63,893 nt of DNA, from contig JANPEP010000008.1 in NCBI GenBank assembly GCA_031422995.1, forward strand, positions 1 to 63,893, written 5' to 3'. The translations under genes and the position numbers were made by a program. The notes beneath the pieces were generated by a model that was given only the letters and a program-made list of their open reading frames with translations, was not told the DNA's origin and made no database searches. The stretch comes from Polymorphobacter sp. Lineage in GTDB: Bacteria; Pseudomonadota; Alphaproteobacteria; Sphingomonadales; Sphingomonadaceae. Below are positions 48,734 through 57,426 of the stretch, in pieces. The stretch's first letter is position 1, and every line of letters begins with the position of its first letter.

Positions 48734-49906
48734 ATGAAACCTGTCCGCCTGCTCCCCCTCGCTACCCTGCTGCTCGCCGGCGGCTGCACCCTTGATTATG
48801 CCGATGGCTATGCCCCCAACTACCCCGCCGGCTATGACTCCGGCATGGGCAGCGGCCAATTCAACCAACCGGGTGATCAATTCGGTGGCCAGGACGTCGC
48901 TTCGATCGACGTCTTCCTCGCCCCGCTCACCCAATATGGCCGCTGGACCGACAGCCGCTATGGCCGCGCCTTCCTGCCCAATGCCCCGCAAGGCTGGCGC
49001 CCCTATGTCAACGGCCGCTGGGGCGAAAACCGCCTGTGGATCAGCGATGATCCCTGGGGCTGGGCCACCGACCACTACGGCCGCTGGGGCCATGATGATC
49101 GCATCGGCTGGGTCTGGGTGCCCGGCACCGAATGGGCACCCTCCTGGGTCGCCTGGCGGGAGGACGAGCAACAGGATGTCGCCGGCTGGGCCCCCATCCC
49201 GCCGGGAATCGCCTATTCGGTGGGCGTCGGCTTCGGCACCGGCTTCGGCAGCCCCTGGGGCTATGACAATTACAACAGCTGGTACGGCCCCAGCTGGGTC
49301 TGGGTGCCCCGCGGCAACATCTATCGCCCCGGCTTCGGTGGCGGCACCCTGCCTTGGCAAGGCGGCAACAATTATTGGCGCGGCAGCCATTGGAACCACA
49401 ATGGCGGCTACAATCGCGGCCATAACGGCAACAACAACGCCTGGAACAACAATGGTCGCCCAGGCGGTGGCCGTCCCAACGGTGGTCGCCCCAACGATGG
49501 CCGCCCCTACACTCCCCGCCCGGGCGTCGGCGAGGCCATCGGCGGCAGCATCGCGGGCCTTCCGCCACGCGGGCGTCCCGGCGGCGCCTATCAAGGCAAC
49601 AACCGTCCTTCCGGGCAATATCAAGGGACGGACGGACAGTATCAGGGTCGCCCCTCGGGGCAATATCAGGGCACCGGCACATCGCGTCCGCCGCGCAATA
49701 CCGATGGCGGCACCAGCCTTGGCGAATCCATCGGCGGCAACATGGCCCGGCCGCCGGCGCAGCAGACGTCCAACCGTCCGGCACAGCCTGCGTATAACCC
49801 ACCGCAACAGGCCTATAACGCCCCGACGCCACGCGCCGAACGCCCCGAACCACCCCAACGCCAATCCCCGGCAACACCGGAACGCAGCGACGAAAGGCCT
49901 CAGTAA
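48734..49906 (+). CDS. Putative lipoprotein with DUF6600-like Trp/Gly-rich domain and disordered Gly/Arg/Pro/Gln tail
   Basis: Signal ending LLAGGC; L..YGRW, WRPY.NGRW, PWGWATDHYGRW, WVPGTEWAPSWVAWR. Confidence 0.8.
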   Translation: MKPVRLLPLATLLLAGGCTLDYADGYAPNYPAGYDSGMGSGQFNQPGDQFGGQDVASIDVFLAPLTQYGRWTDSRYGRAFLPNAPQGWRPYVNGRWGENRLWISDDPWGWATDHYGRWGHDDRIGWVWVPGTEWAPSWVAWREDEQQDVAGWAPIPPGIAYSVGVGFGTGFGSPWGYDNYNSWYGPSWVWVPRGNIYRPGFGGGTLPWQGGNNYWRGSHWNHNGGYNRGHNGNNNAWNNNGRPGGGRPNGGRPNDGRPYTPRPGVGEAIGGSIAGLPPRGRPGGAYQGNNRPSGQYQGTDGQYQGRPSGQYQGTGTSRPPRNTDGGTSLGESIGGNMARPPAQQTSNRPAQPAYNPPQQAYNAPTPRAERPEPPQRQSPATPERSDERPQ

Positions 49907-50024
49907 CCGCGGCAAATCCGCGACAATCTGGCAACAATCACGTCCGTCATGGCCTTGATGCCACAATAAACTTGCGCTTTTCGCGGCGCTGCACACTATC
50001 GGATTTCAGTGTGCGGGAGCAGCA

Positions 50025-51470
50025 ATGGCGGCAATCACGGCCTTTGACGAAATGTACGGCTTCGGCGCTGCCACCGAAGGCGCCGCCGTAACCGGCGCTT
50101 ATCGCTCGCTGCAAAACTGGCTCGATCACTCCCCACCCGAACTCATGGCCGCAAGGCGCCGTCAGGCCGAGCTGTTCTTCCGCCGCATCGGCATCACCTT
50201 TGCCGTCTATGGTGATCCCGATGCCGCTGAACGCCTGATCCCCTTCGACATCGTCCCCCGCATCCTCGCCCGCGCCGAATGGGACGGGCTGGAGGCCGGC
50301 CTCAAGCAACGCGTCCGCGCCCTCAACGCCTTTCTCGCCGATGTCTATGGCGCCCGCGACATCCTGCGTGCCAACATCCTGCCCGAAGAACTCGTCCTCC
50401 AGAATCCGGGCTATTGCCTGCACATGGCCGGCAAAAAACCCCCCGGCGGCGTCTGGACCCACATCGCCGGCATCGATCTCGTCCGCACCAGCCCCAATGA
50501 ATTCTACGTACTGGAGGACAACGCCCGTACCCCGTCCGGCGTCTCCTACATGCTCGAAAATCGCGAGGTGATGCTCAAACTCGTTCCCGAGCTCTTCGAC
50601 CAGGTCAAGGTCGCCCCCGTCGAAACCTATCCCGAAGCGCTGCTTGAAACCCTCGCCTCGGTCAGCCCGCGCCGCAGCCGCAACGGCAGCGCACCGGTTT
50701 GCGTCCTCCTCACCCCCGGCCGCCACAACAGCGCCTTTTACGAACACAGCTTCCTCGCCGACAAACTCGGCATCGAACTTGTCGAAGGCTCGGACCTCTT
50801 CGTCCGCGACGACATCGTCTACATGCGCACCACCGAAGGGCCTGAGCGTGTCGACGTTATCTACCGCCGCCTCGACGATGCCTTCATCGATCCGCTGGTC
50901 TTCAACCCCTCATCGATGCTTGGCGTCCCCGGCCTCATGGCCGCCTATGGCGCCGGCAATGTCACGCTCGCCAACGCTGTCGGCACCGGCGTCGCCGATG
51001 ACAAGGCAATCTACAGCTACATGCCGGAAATCATTCGCTTCTACACCGGCGAGGAACCCATCCTCAACAACGTCCCGACTTGGCGCTGCCGTGAACCCGA
51101 TGCACTCGGCTATGTCCTCGATCACCTCGCCGAACTCGTCGTAAAGGAAGTCGATGGCTCGGGTGGCTATGGCATGCTCATCGGCCCCCACGCCCCACAA
51201 GCCACTCTCGCCGCTTTCGCTGCCAAGCTGAAGGCCCACCCCGAAAAATTCATCGCCCAACCCACGCTGGCGCTCAGCACCTGCCCCACCGCCACCGACG
51301 CCGGCATCGCCCCCCGCCACGTCGACCTCCGCCCCTTCGTGCTGACGGGGGCGCATGACGTGAAAATCGTCCCCGGCGGCCTCACCCGCGTCGCCATGAC
51401 ACCCGGGTCGCTGGTGGTAAATTCGAGCCAGGGCGGCGGCACCAAAGACACATGGGTGGTCGATGATTAG
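50025..51470 (+). CDS. Circularly permuted type 2 ATP-grasp protein
   Basis: GITFAVY, LEDNARTPSGVSY, VIYRRLDD, VVNSSQGGGTKDTWV. Confidence 0.93.
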   Translation: MAAITAFDEMYGFGAATEGAAVTGAYRSLQNWLDHSPPELMAARRRQAELFFRRIGITFAVYGDPDAAERLIPFDIVPRILARAEWDGLEAGLKQRVRALNAFLADVYGARDILRANILPEELVLQNPGYCLHMAGKKPPGGVWTHIAGIDLVRTSPNEFYVLEDNARTPSGVSYMLENREVMLKLVPELFDQVKVAPVETYPEALLETLASVSPRRSRNGSAPVCVLLTPGRHNSAFYEHSFLADKLGIELVEGSDLFVRDDIVYMRTTEGPERVDVIYRRLDDAFIDPLVFNPSSMLGVPGLMAAYGAGNVTLANAVGTGVADDKAIYSYMPEIIRFYTGEEPILNNVPTWRCREPDALGYVLDHLAELVVKEVDGSGGYGMLIGPHAPQATLAAFAAKLKAHPEKFIAQPTLALSTCPTATDAGIAPRHVDLRPFVLTGAHDVKIVPGGLTRVAMTPGSLVVNSSQGGGTKDTWVVDD

Positions 51471-51583
51471 CGCCGCGCCGCGAGCGCGCGCACCGCGCGC
51501 CGACAGGCGCAAGCTCGGCCGGCGGGGCGGCGCGCGCTCCTGCGCGCTGAACCCGTCCGACGTCACGACGCGGCTTTGCCGCG
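51471..51583 (+). repeat. Structured 3'-end repeat (family B) copy 5
   Basis: gcaagctcggccggcggggcgg...gaacccgtccgac...cgcggctttgccgcg immediately after the stop. Confidence 0.8.
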
Positions 51584-51610
51584 GCGCCGCCAATCATCGG
51601 AAATTACGAC

Positions 51611-52552
51611 GTGTTATCTAGAACCGCCTCCAACCTCTACTGGATGGGCCGCTACCTCGAGCGTGCCGATTTCACCGCCCGCCTCATCGAGGCCACGCAG
51701 CGTCTCGCCGCCCTGCCCTCCTCCTACGGCGGCGCCGGCAACGCCTGGCAGTCTGCGTTGGCGGCAACCTGGATGACCCACGCCTACAAGGATCGCGGCC
51801 TCGCCCTTGACGAGCATCAGGTCAGCGATTTCCTCACTCTCGACCCCGCCAACCCCTCCTCCATCCGCTCCAGCCTCGAAGCGGCGCGCGACAACGCCCG
51901 CTCGGTCCGCACCGCCCTGACCGAGGAAGCCTGGGAGGCCATCAACACCGCCTGGCTCGAAATCTCGCGCTATGGCACCCATCTCGACAGCCGCGATGCC
52001 GTCGGGCCCCTTCTCGATCTTGTCAAGCAAGCCGTCGCCGCCTTCGAAGGCGCCGCCCAACGCACCATGTTGCGCGGCGATGCCTTCTGGTTCGTCAACC
52101 TCGGCTCCGCCATCGAACGTGCGGACAATTCCGCCCGGCTGCTCGACGTCAAATACCATCTGCTCCTCCCGCGCGGCGAAACCGTCGGCGGCAGCCTCGA
52201 TTATTTCCAATGGACAACCATCCTGCGCACCGTCTCCGCCATGACCGCCTATCGCTGGGTCTATCGCGACACCGTCAAACCCTGGCTCGTGGCCGATCTG
52301 CTCATCCTCAACCGCCAGATCCCGCGCAGCCTTGCTTCCTGCTACGACGAACTGCTCCGTCATCTCGATCTGCTCGCCAGCGTCACCGGCAAGCGCGGCC
52401 CCGCCCACCGCCTCGCCTCGGCCGGCCACGCCCGCCTGTCACAATCCAACATCGACAAGATTTTCGCCGATGGCCTCCACGAATTCCTCACCAATTTCAT
52501 CACCGACAACAACAAGCTCGGCGAAGCCATCGCCGAGCAATATCTCTTCTAG
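51611..52552 (+). CDS. Alpha-E domain protein (DUF403)
   Basis: LSRTA..LYWMGRYLERA, IERAD..ARLLDVKY, PRS. Confidence 0.93.
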   Translation: MLSRTASNLYWMGRYLERADFTARLIEATQRLAALPSSYGGAGNAWQSALAATWMTHAYKDRGLALDEHQVSDFLTLDPANPSSIRSSLEAARDNARSVRTALTEEAWEAINTAWLEISRYGTHLDSRDAVGPLLDLVKQAVAAFEGAAQRTMLRGDAFWFVNLGSAIERADNSARLLDVKYHLLLPRGETVGGSLDYFQWTTILRTVSAMTAYRWVYRDTVKPWLVADLLILNRQIPRSLASCYDELLRHLDLLASVTGKRGPAHRLASAGHARLSQSNIDKIFADGLHEFLTNFITDNNKLGEAIAEQYLF

Positions 52553-52561
52553 CTTCACCTT

Positions 52562-52616
52562 CTCCCTCCCCCCACTTGAGCGCAGCGAAATCAGAGTGGG
52601 GAGGGTTGGAGTGGGG
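52562..52616. repeat. Family A element
   Basis: ccctcccccac...gtggggagggttggagtgggg. Confidence 0.7.
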
Positions 52617-52635
52617 TTTCACCACAAGGACCAAG

Positions 52636-53508
52636 ATGCGCATAAAAGTCGCCTATTCCACCACCTATGACTACGCCAAGCTCGCCAGCGACGTCGTTCA
52701 GCTGCTCCGCGTCGAACCCTGCGGCCATCACGACCAGCACATCGTCCAATGGCGGCTCGACACCGATACCGATGGCCATCTGCGCCGCGGCACCGATGTC
52801 TTCGGCAACATCACTCATATGTTCTACGCCGATGCCCCCATCCGCCGCCTTGCCCTCCACGTCACCGGCGAAGTCGATACCAACGAAACCCATGGCGTGC
52901 TGCGCGGCACTGCCGAGCCCCTTCCCTCCAGCGTCTTCCTGCGCACCACCCCGCTCAGCACCGCCGACGACGCCATCCGCAACTTCGCCCGGGCCAGCAC
53001 CGGTGCCGATCCGCTCGAAACCTGCCACAATCTCCTCACCGGCCTCTACGACCGCATGACCTTCGATGCCGATGTCACCCACAGCCACACCGATGCCATC
53101 CACGCCTTTGCCCTCCAGGCCGGCGTCTGTCAGGATTACAGCCACATCTTCGTCGCCGCCGCCCGCCACCTCGGCATCCCCGCCCGCTATGTCTCGGGCC
53201 ACCTCGTCCGCGCCGATGGTCTCGTCACCCAGCCGGCTGGCCACGCCTGGGTGGAAACCCACCTCCCCGATCTCGGCTGGGTCGGCTTCGATCCGACCAA
53301 CGGCATGTCGACCACCGACGCCTATCTGCGTGTCGCCATCGGCCTCGATTATCTCGATGCGGCCCCGGTGCGCGGCGCCCGGCGCGGCGGCGGCGCCGAA
53401 ACCATGGTCGTCAGCGTCACGGCCAGTGATGGCCGGCTTGCGCCGGTTGGCAGTGATGGCCGGCTTGCACCCGCGCCGTCCCAGTCGCAAAGTCAGTCGC
53501 AAGCGTGA
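52636..53508 (+). CDS. Transglutaminase family protein
   Basis: GVCQD, ARYVSG, HAW, FDPTN catalytic triad motifs. Confidence 0.93.
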   Translation: MRIKVAYSTTYDYAKLASDVVQLLRVEPCGHHDQHIVQWRLDTDTDGHLRRGTDVFGNITHMFYADAPIRRLALHVTGEVDTNETHGVLRGTAEPLPSSVFLRTTPLSTADDAIRNFARASTGADPLETCHNLLTGLYDRMTFDADVTHSHTDAIHAFALQAGVCQDYSHIFVAAARHLGIPARYVSGHLVRADGLVTQPAGHAWVETHLPDLGWVGFDPTNGMSTTDAYLRVAIGLDYLDAAPVRGARRGGGAETMVVSVTASDGRLAPVGSDGRLAPAPSQSQSQSQA

Positions 53509-53558
53509 CAACATCAGATCGCGCGCAACTAAGCCAGTTCAGCAGGGAAACACCGGCA

Positions 53559-54326
53559 ATGACCTATTGCGTCGGCATCCTGGTCCGCGAAGGCCTTGTG
53601 ATGATGGGCGACACCCGCACCAACGCCGGCGTCGACAACATTTCCACCTATCGAAAACTCCGCGTCCTCGAAACCGGCCCGGATCGCGTCATCGCCGTCG
53701 CTTCGGCCGGCAGCCTCTCGGTCACCCAAAGCGCGCTCAGCCGCGCCGCCCTCGGTATCACCATGCCCGACAGCGCCGAACCCGAATTCGTCGCCTCCGC
53801 CCCCACGGTGTTTCGCGCCGCCCAAATCATCGGCCAGGCGCTCAGCGACGCCAAATCCTCGATCGATCTCGTCGTCAAGGATGACAAGGTCTCCACCGAT
53901 GCCACCTTGCTCTTCGCCGGCACCATCGATGGCCGCAAACCCCGAATGTTCCTCATCTATGGCGCCGGCAATTTCATCGAATGCCTGCCCGACACACCCT
54001 TCCTGCAAATCGGCGAACACAAATACGGCAAGCCCGTCCTCGATCGCATGGTCAATTTCGAAACCCCCCTCGCCGAAGCCATCAAGATCGCGCTGATTTC
54101 GTTCAGCGCGACGATGCGCTCCAACCTCGCCGTCGGCCTGCCCATCGATCTCATCACCGTCCGCACCGGCGTGTCCAAGGTCGAACTCTCGCACCGCATC
54201 GATTCCGACGACAGCTACTACCGCGAAATCAACGACCGCTGGTCAAATGCCCTCAGGGCAGCCGCCGCCGCCATCCCCCTCCCCAGCTACGCCAGCGAAC
54301 CCGACCGCGAAGCCCTTTACGACTGA
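53559..54326 (+). CDS. Proteasome-type protease (Anbu)
   Basis: MTYCVG N-terminal Thr, DTRTNAGVD, QIGEHKYGKP, MRSNLAVGLP. Confidence 0.92.
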   Translation: MTYCVGILVREGLVMMGDTRTNAGVDNISTYRKLRVLETGPDRVIAVASAGSLSVTQSALSRAALGITMPDSAEPEFVASAPTVFRAAQIIGQALSDAKSSIDLVVKDDKVSTDATLLFAGTIDGRKPRMFLIYGAGNFIECLPDTPFLQIGEHKYGKPVLDRMVNFETPLAEAIKIALISFSATMRSNLAVGLPIDLITVRTGVSKVELSHRIDSDDSYYREINDRWSNALRAAAAAIPLPSYASEPDREALYD

Positions 54327-54333
54327 CGTCCTG

Positions 54334-54371
54334 CTCCCCTCCCGCCTGCGGGAGGGGCCGGGGGTTGGGGG
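54334..54371. repeat. Family A element between convergent genes
   Basis: cccctcccgc-ct-gcgggagggg then ccgggggttggggg. Confidence 0.7.
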
Positions 54372-54376
54372 AATCC

Positions 54377-55600
54377 CTACGCCGGAACCCCCTGCGCCAC
54401 CCCCACAGGGTCCCGCCGCAACCACAGCAGCACCGCCAGGAACAACCCGACAAACGCCACCGCCGTCATCGCCAGGTACCCCAGCGCCGCACGCCCCGTC
54501 GGTTGCAGATATTCATACAACTCGCCGGACATCAGCGTCGTCACCGCCTGTGCCGGTGCCGACGCCAGCGCCATGTAAATCATCTGCGCCGTCGGTGTCC
54601 GCTCATCCCCGTGCATCCCCTGGATCATCCGCATCGCCCCCAGGAACGTCGCGGCAAACGTCCCGGCGTGCATCACCTGCAACCCGTAAAGCGCCCACAC
54701 CGGCGGCAAGGTCGCCAGTGCCGTCCAGCGGATGACCGCCGAAATCGCCCCCACCAAAATCAGTGTCTCGGGCGCAAACTTCTCCGTCCACCGCGCCAGG
54801 AAAATCAAAAACCCAACCTCGGCAATCACCCCGATCGACCAAAGATTCCCCGAAAGCGTCGAGGAAAGCTGCTGGTTGTTGGTCCAGATCAACGTCCCCG
54901 CCACATAGAAATAACTATGCGTCGCCTGGATCAGCCCCGCGGCAAAGATCAACAGCGCGAACTTGCGATCCTTGAGCATCCCCACACCCGCCGCCAGCCG
55001 CTGCCCAAACGGCGCCTCGCGGTCCCCCGCCACCGGCTCGGGCTTCATCCACGCCGCCGCCACAATGAGCAGCGCCGAAACCCCGAACAACCACCCCCAG
55101 ATCGCCCACTCGCCAAAGCGGTCGATCAACATCCCCACCGCACTCGACCCGACAACAAACGCCGCCGATGCCAACCCGCGCGCCAAGCCGTAACGCGGCC
55201 AGCCATAGCGCGTCAGCCGCAACAACGCCGCCTCGACCACCGGCAGCAACCCCCAGAACGCCACGTCCATCAACAGGATGATGGCAAACACCGCGGCAAA
55301 GCTGGTTACGAACCACAATGACCCGAAGCCGACCGTCATCAACGCCGCAAACAGGAACATTGGCGCCCGTCGATCGCTGCGCCCATCCGCCCAGGCCGCG
55401 GTCAACGGCCCGGCAATGATCCGCGAAAACCCACCGATCGCCAACACCAGGCCAATTTGGGACCCCGAAAACCCATGCGCCTTCTCCAGCCACACCGGCA
55501 GAAACGGCACCAGACAGCCAAAGCCGGCAAAAAACAGGCACGCCAGCAAGGTGGCGCGCACACCCGGGCGAGTGAGATTGGACAACAACGATTCGGTCAT
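54377..55600 (-). CDS. MFS transporter (HcaT-like)
   Basis: PFLPVWL, YGLARGLAS, GVIAEV, QVMHAGTF. Confidence 0.87.
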   Translation of the reverse strand: MTESLLSNLTRPGVRATLLACLFFAGFGCLVPFLPVWLEKAHGFSGSQIGLVLAIGGFSRIIAGPLTAAWADGRSDRRAPMFLFAALMTVGFGSLWFVTSFAAVFAIILLMDVAFWGLLPVVEAALLRLTRYGWPRYGLARGLASAAFVVGSSAVGMLIDRFGEWAIWGWLFGVSALLIVAAAWMKPEPVAGDREAPFGQRLAAGVGMLKDRKFALLIFAAGLIQATHSYFYVAGTLIWTNNQQLSSTLSGNLWSIGVIAEVGFLIFLARWTEKFAPETLILVGAISAVIRWTALATLPPVWALYGLQVMHAGTFAATFLGAMRMIQGMHGDERTPTAQMIYMALASAPAQAVTTLMSGELYEYLQPTGRAALGYLAMTAVAFVGLFLAVLLWLRRDPVGVAQGVPA

Positions 55601-55702
55601 GCCGCACCATGGCGAGGCGATACGGACTTGTCATCAACGCCGGTGACAGAGCACATCTCTCGCGCCATACAAGCGCCAACAAATGACCTTGGGGACAGCA
55701 TC

Positions 55703-56479
55703 ATGACCATACCCGCGCTCTTCGACCTGACCGGCCAGACCGCCCTCATCACCGGCTCCTCGCGCGGCATCGGCAAGGCGATCGCCCACCGCATGGCCGA
55801 ACACGGTGCCAATGTGATCATTTCCAGCCGCAAGGCCGATGCCTGCGAAGCCACCGCCGCCGAAATCAACGCGGCGGTGGGCCGCACCGCCGCCGTCGTC
55901 ATCCCCGCCAACATCGCCGACAAGGCCAGCCTGCAAAACCTCGTCGACACCACCGTCGCCCGCTTCGCCCAGATCGACATCCTCGTCTGCAACGCCGCGT
56001 CCAACCCCTATTTCGGCCCCCAGGACGGCATCACCGATGATCAGTTCAACAAGATCATGCAGAACAACATCCTCGCCAACCATTGGCTGATCAACATGGT
56101 CGCCCCCGCCATGCGCACCCGCAAATCCGGCAACGTCACCATCATCTCGTCGCTGGGCGGCATCAAGGGCTCCCCCGTCATCGGCGCCTATTGCATCTCA
56201 AAGGCTGCCGACATGCAGATGGCGCGCAACATGGCGGTCGAATTCGGCCCCCACGGCGTCCGCGTCAACGCCATCGCCCCCGGCCTCATCAAGACCGATT
56301 TCGCCAAGGCGCTGTGGGACAACCCGGACATCCTCAAATCCGCCACCAGCACCGCGCCCCTGCGCCGCATCGGCCTCCCCGATGAAATCGCCGGCATCGC
56401 CGTCATGCTGGCCAGCCCCGCCGGCGGCTTCATCACCGGCCAGACACTCGTTGCCGACGGCGGCGTCAGCATTAGCTGA
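55703..56479 (+). CDS. Short-chain dehydrogenase/reductase
   Basis: TGSSRGIG, YCISK, NAIAPG. Confidence 0.93.
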   Translation: MTIPALFDLTGQTALITGSSRGIGKAIAHRMAEHGANVIISSRKADACEATAAEINAAVGRTAAVVIPANIADKASLQNLVDTTVARFAQIDILVCNAASNPYFGPQDGITDDQFNKIMQNNILANHWLINMVAPAMRTRKSGNVTIISSLGGIKGSPVIGAYCISKAADMQMARNMAVEFGPHGVRVNAIAPGLIKTDFAKALWDNPDILKSATSTAPLRRIGLPDEIAGIAVMLASPAGGFITGQTLVADGGVSIS

Positions 56480-56530
56480 CGCGCCCACAAAAGCGCCGGC
56501 GTAAGCATCAGCTGAAGCGCCCTCAACAGC
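56461..56530 (+). repeat. Imperfect tandem duplication (36-nt period) of the SDR 3' end
   Basis: 56461-56494 vs 56497-56530, 29 of 34 bases identical. Confidence 0.7.
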
Positions 56531-56559
56531 AAAGGGCCCGGAGTCACCCCCGGGCCCTT
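56531..56559 (-). terminator. Terminator hairpin after PEP-CTERM gene
   Basis: aagggcccgg...ccgggccctt; homologous to 57376-57404. Confidence 0.65.
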
Positions 56560-56583
56560 CCCTGTTCGTGACGAAACGAAGTC

Positions 56584-57219
56584 TTACGCGGCAACCGCAC
56601 CACGGCGGCGACGTGCTGCCACACCAACCAGGCCAAAGCCCGCAATCAACATCGCCCAGGTCGCTGGCTCAGGAACATTGCCGCCGCTGATCGACACATT
56701 GTCGAGCGCGGGGCCCGAAGGCGTGTTGTCGATGCTGGTGAATGCCAGCGTCGAAACCGTCGTTCCAGCGACGAAATCATAGGTATAGGTCACCCAACCC
56801 ATCGCGCCGGCCGATGTCGTGCCGTTCGTGGTGAAAGTGTAAGGCGTCGGTGCACCACCATTGATGGTCACATTCAACGTCTTCAAAGGCGGCGTGCCAT
56901 CGGGATTGCCGGCCATGTCAAAGCTCACCTTGTAACGCCCGCCAACCACGGTCGTGACATTCTGCGAAACGCTGCCGCCGGCCAGCGCCGAAAGATCAAG
57001 GCTGCGCGTGCCGTTCGACGCCTGCCAATAGGTGCCGATCCAATCGATGCCGGCACCGCCGATCGTCCAGCCGCTGATGTCCGTGTTGCCAGCGGACAGC
57101 GTGTTGAAACCGCCGCCTGGCGCATTGAGGCCAGCCTCAAAGCTGCCGTTGACGATGGTGGCCGCCTGGGCGGACCCGGCGAGCAAGGCGGCGGCAGCAA
57201 CAGCGAACATAAAGCGCAT
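56584..57219 (-). CDS. PEPxxWA-CTERM sorted protein with choice-of-anchor C/DUF642-like domain
   Basis: Signal peptide, NGSFE, GPALDNVS, VPEPATWAMLIAGFGLVG.AARRRR. Confidence 0.92.
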   Translation of the reverse strand: MRFMFAVAAAALLAGSAQAATIVNGSFEAGLNAPGGGFNTLSAGNTDISGWTIGGAGIDWIGTYWQASNGTRSLDLSALAGGSVSQNVTTVVGGRYKVSFDMAGNPDGTPPLKTLNVTINGGAPTPYTFTTNGTTSAGAMGWVTYTYDFVAGTTVSTLAFTSIDNTPSGPALDNVSISGGNVPEPATWAMLIAGFGLVGVAARRRRGAVAA

Positions 57220-57262
57220 GAAAAACCCCTGAGAGACGAAGGTTGAATACTCAAAAAGTTAA

Positions 57263-57347
57263 GCAAGAATTATGCCAAATGCCTTACTTGTTGAAATCAT
57301 TCACATCAAGATCGTTACGCTCTCGAAAACTGTAAAGCCTACCGACA
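57263..57347 (-). promoter_or_regulatory. Sigma54 promoter plus TGT-N11-ACA enhancer
   Basis: Minus strand TGGCATAATTCTTGC (57263-57277); tgtaaagcctaccgaca (57331-57347). Confidence 0.8.
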
Positions 57348-57375
57348 CTATCCTTCGATAACCGCCCATAAACGA

Positions 57376-57404
57376 AAAAAGGCCCGGAGTTTCCCCCGGG
57401 CCCT
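57376..57404 (-). terminator. Rho-independent terminator
   Basis: ggcccgg...ccgggcc hairpin followed by a T run on minus strand. Confidence 0.75.
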
Positions 57405-57426
57405 TGTTCCTCTGTCAGGCGGCGTT

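Noticed and set aside
52210-52635. N-terminal extension of the transglutaminase ORF
   Set aside because: Overlaps alpha-E in another frame and runs through a repeat; AAGGA SD supports ATG 52636
9975-54371. Repeats as CRISPR array or IS ends
   Set aside because: Dispersed, variable length, no regular spacers, no cas or transposase gene in the window
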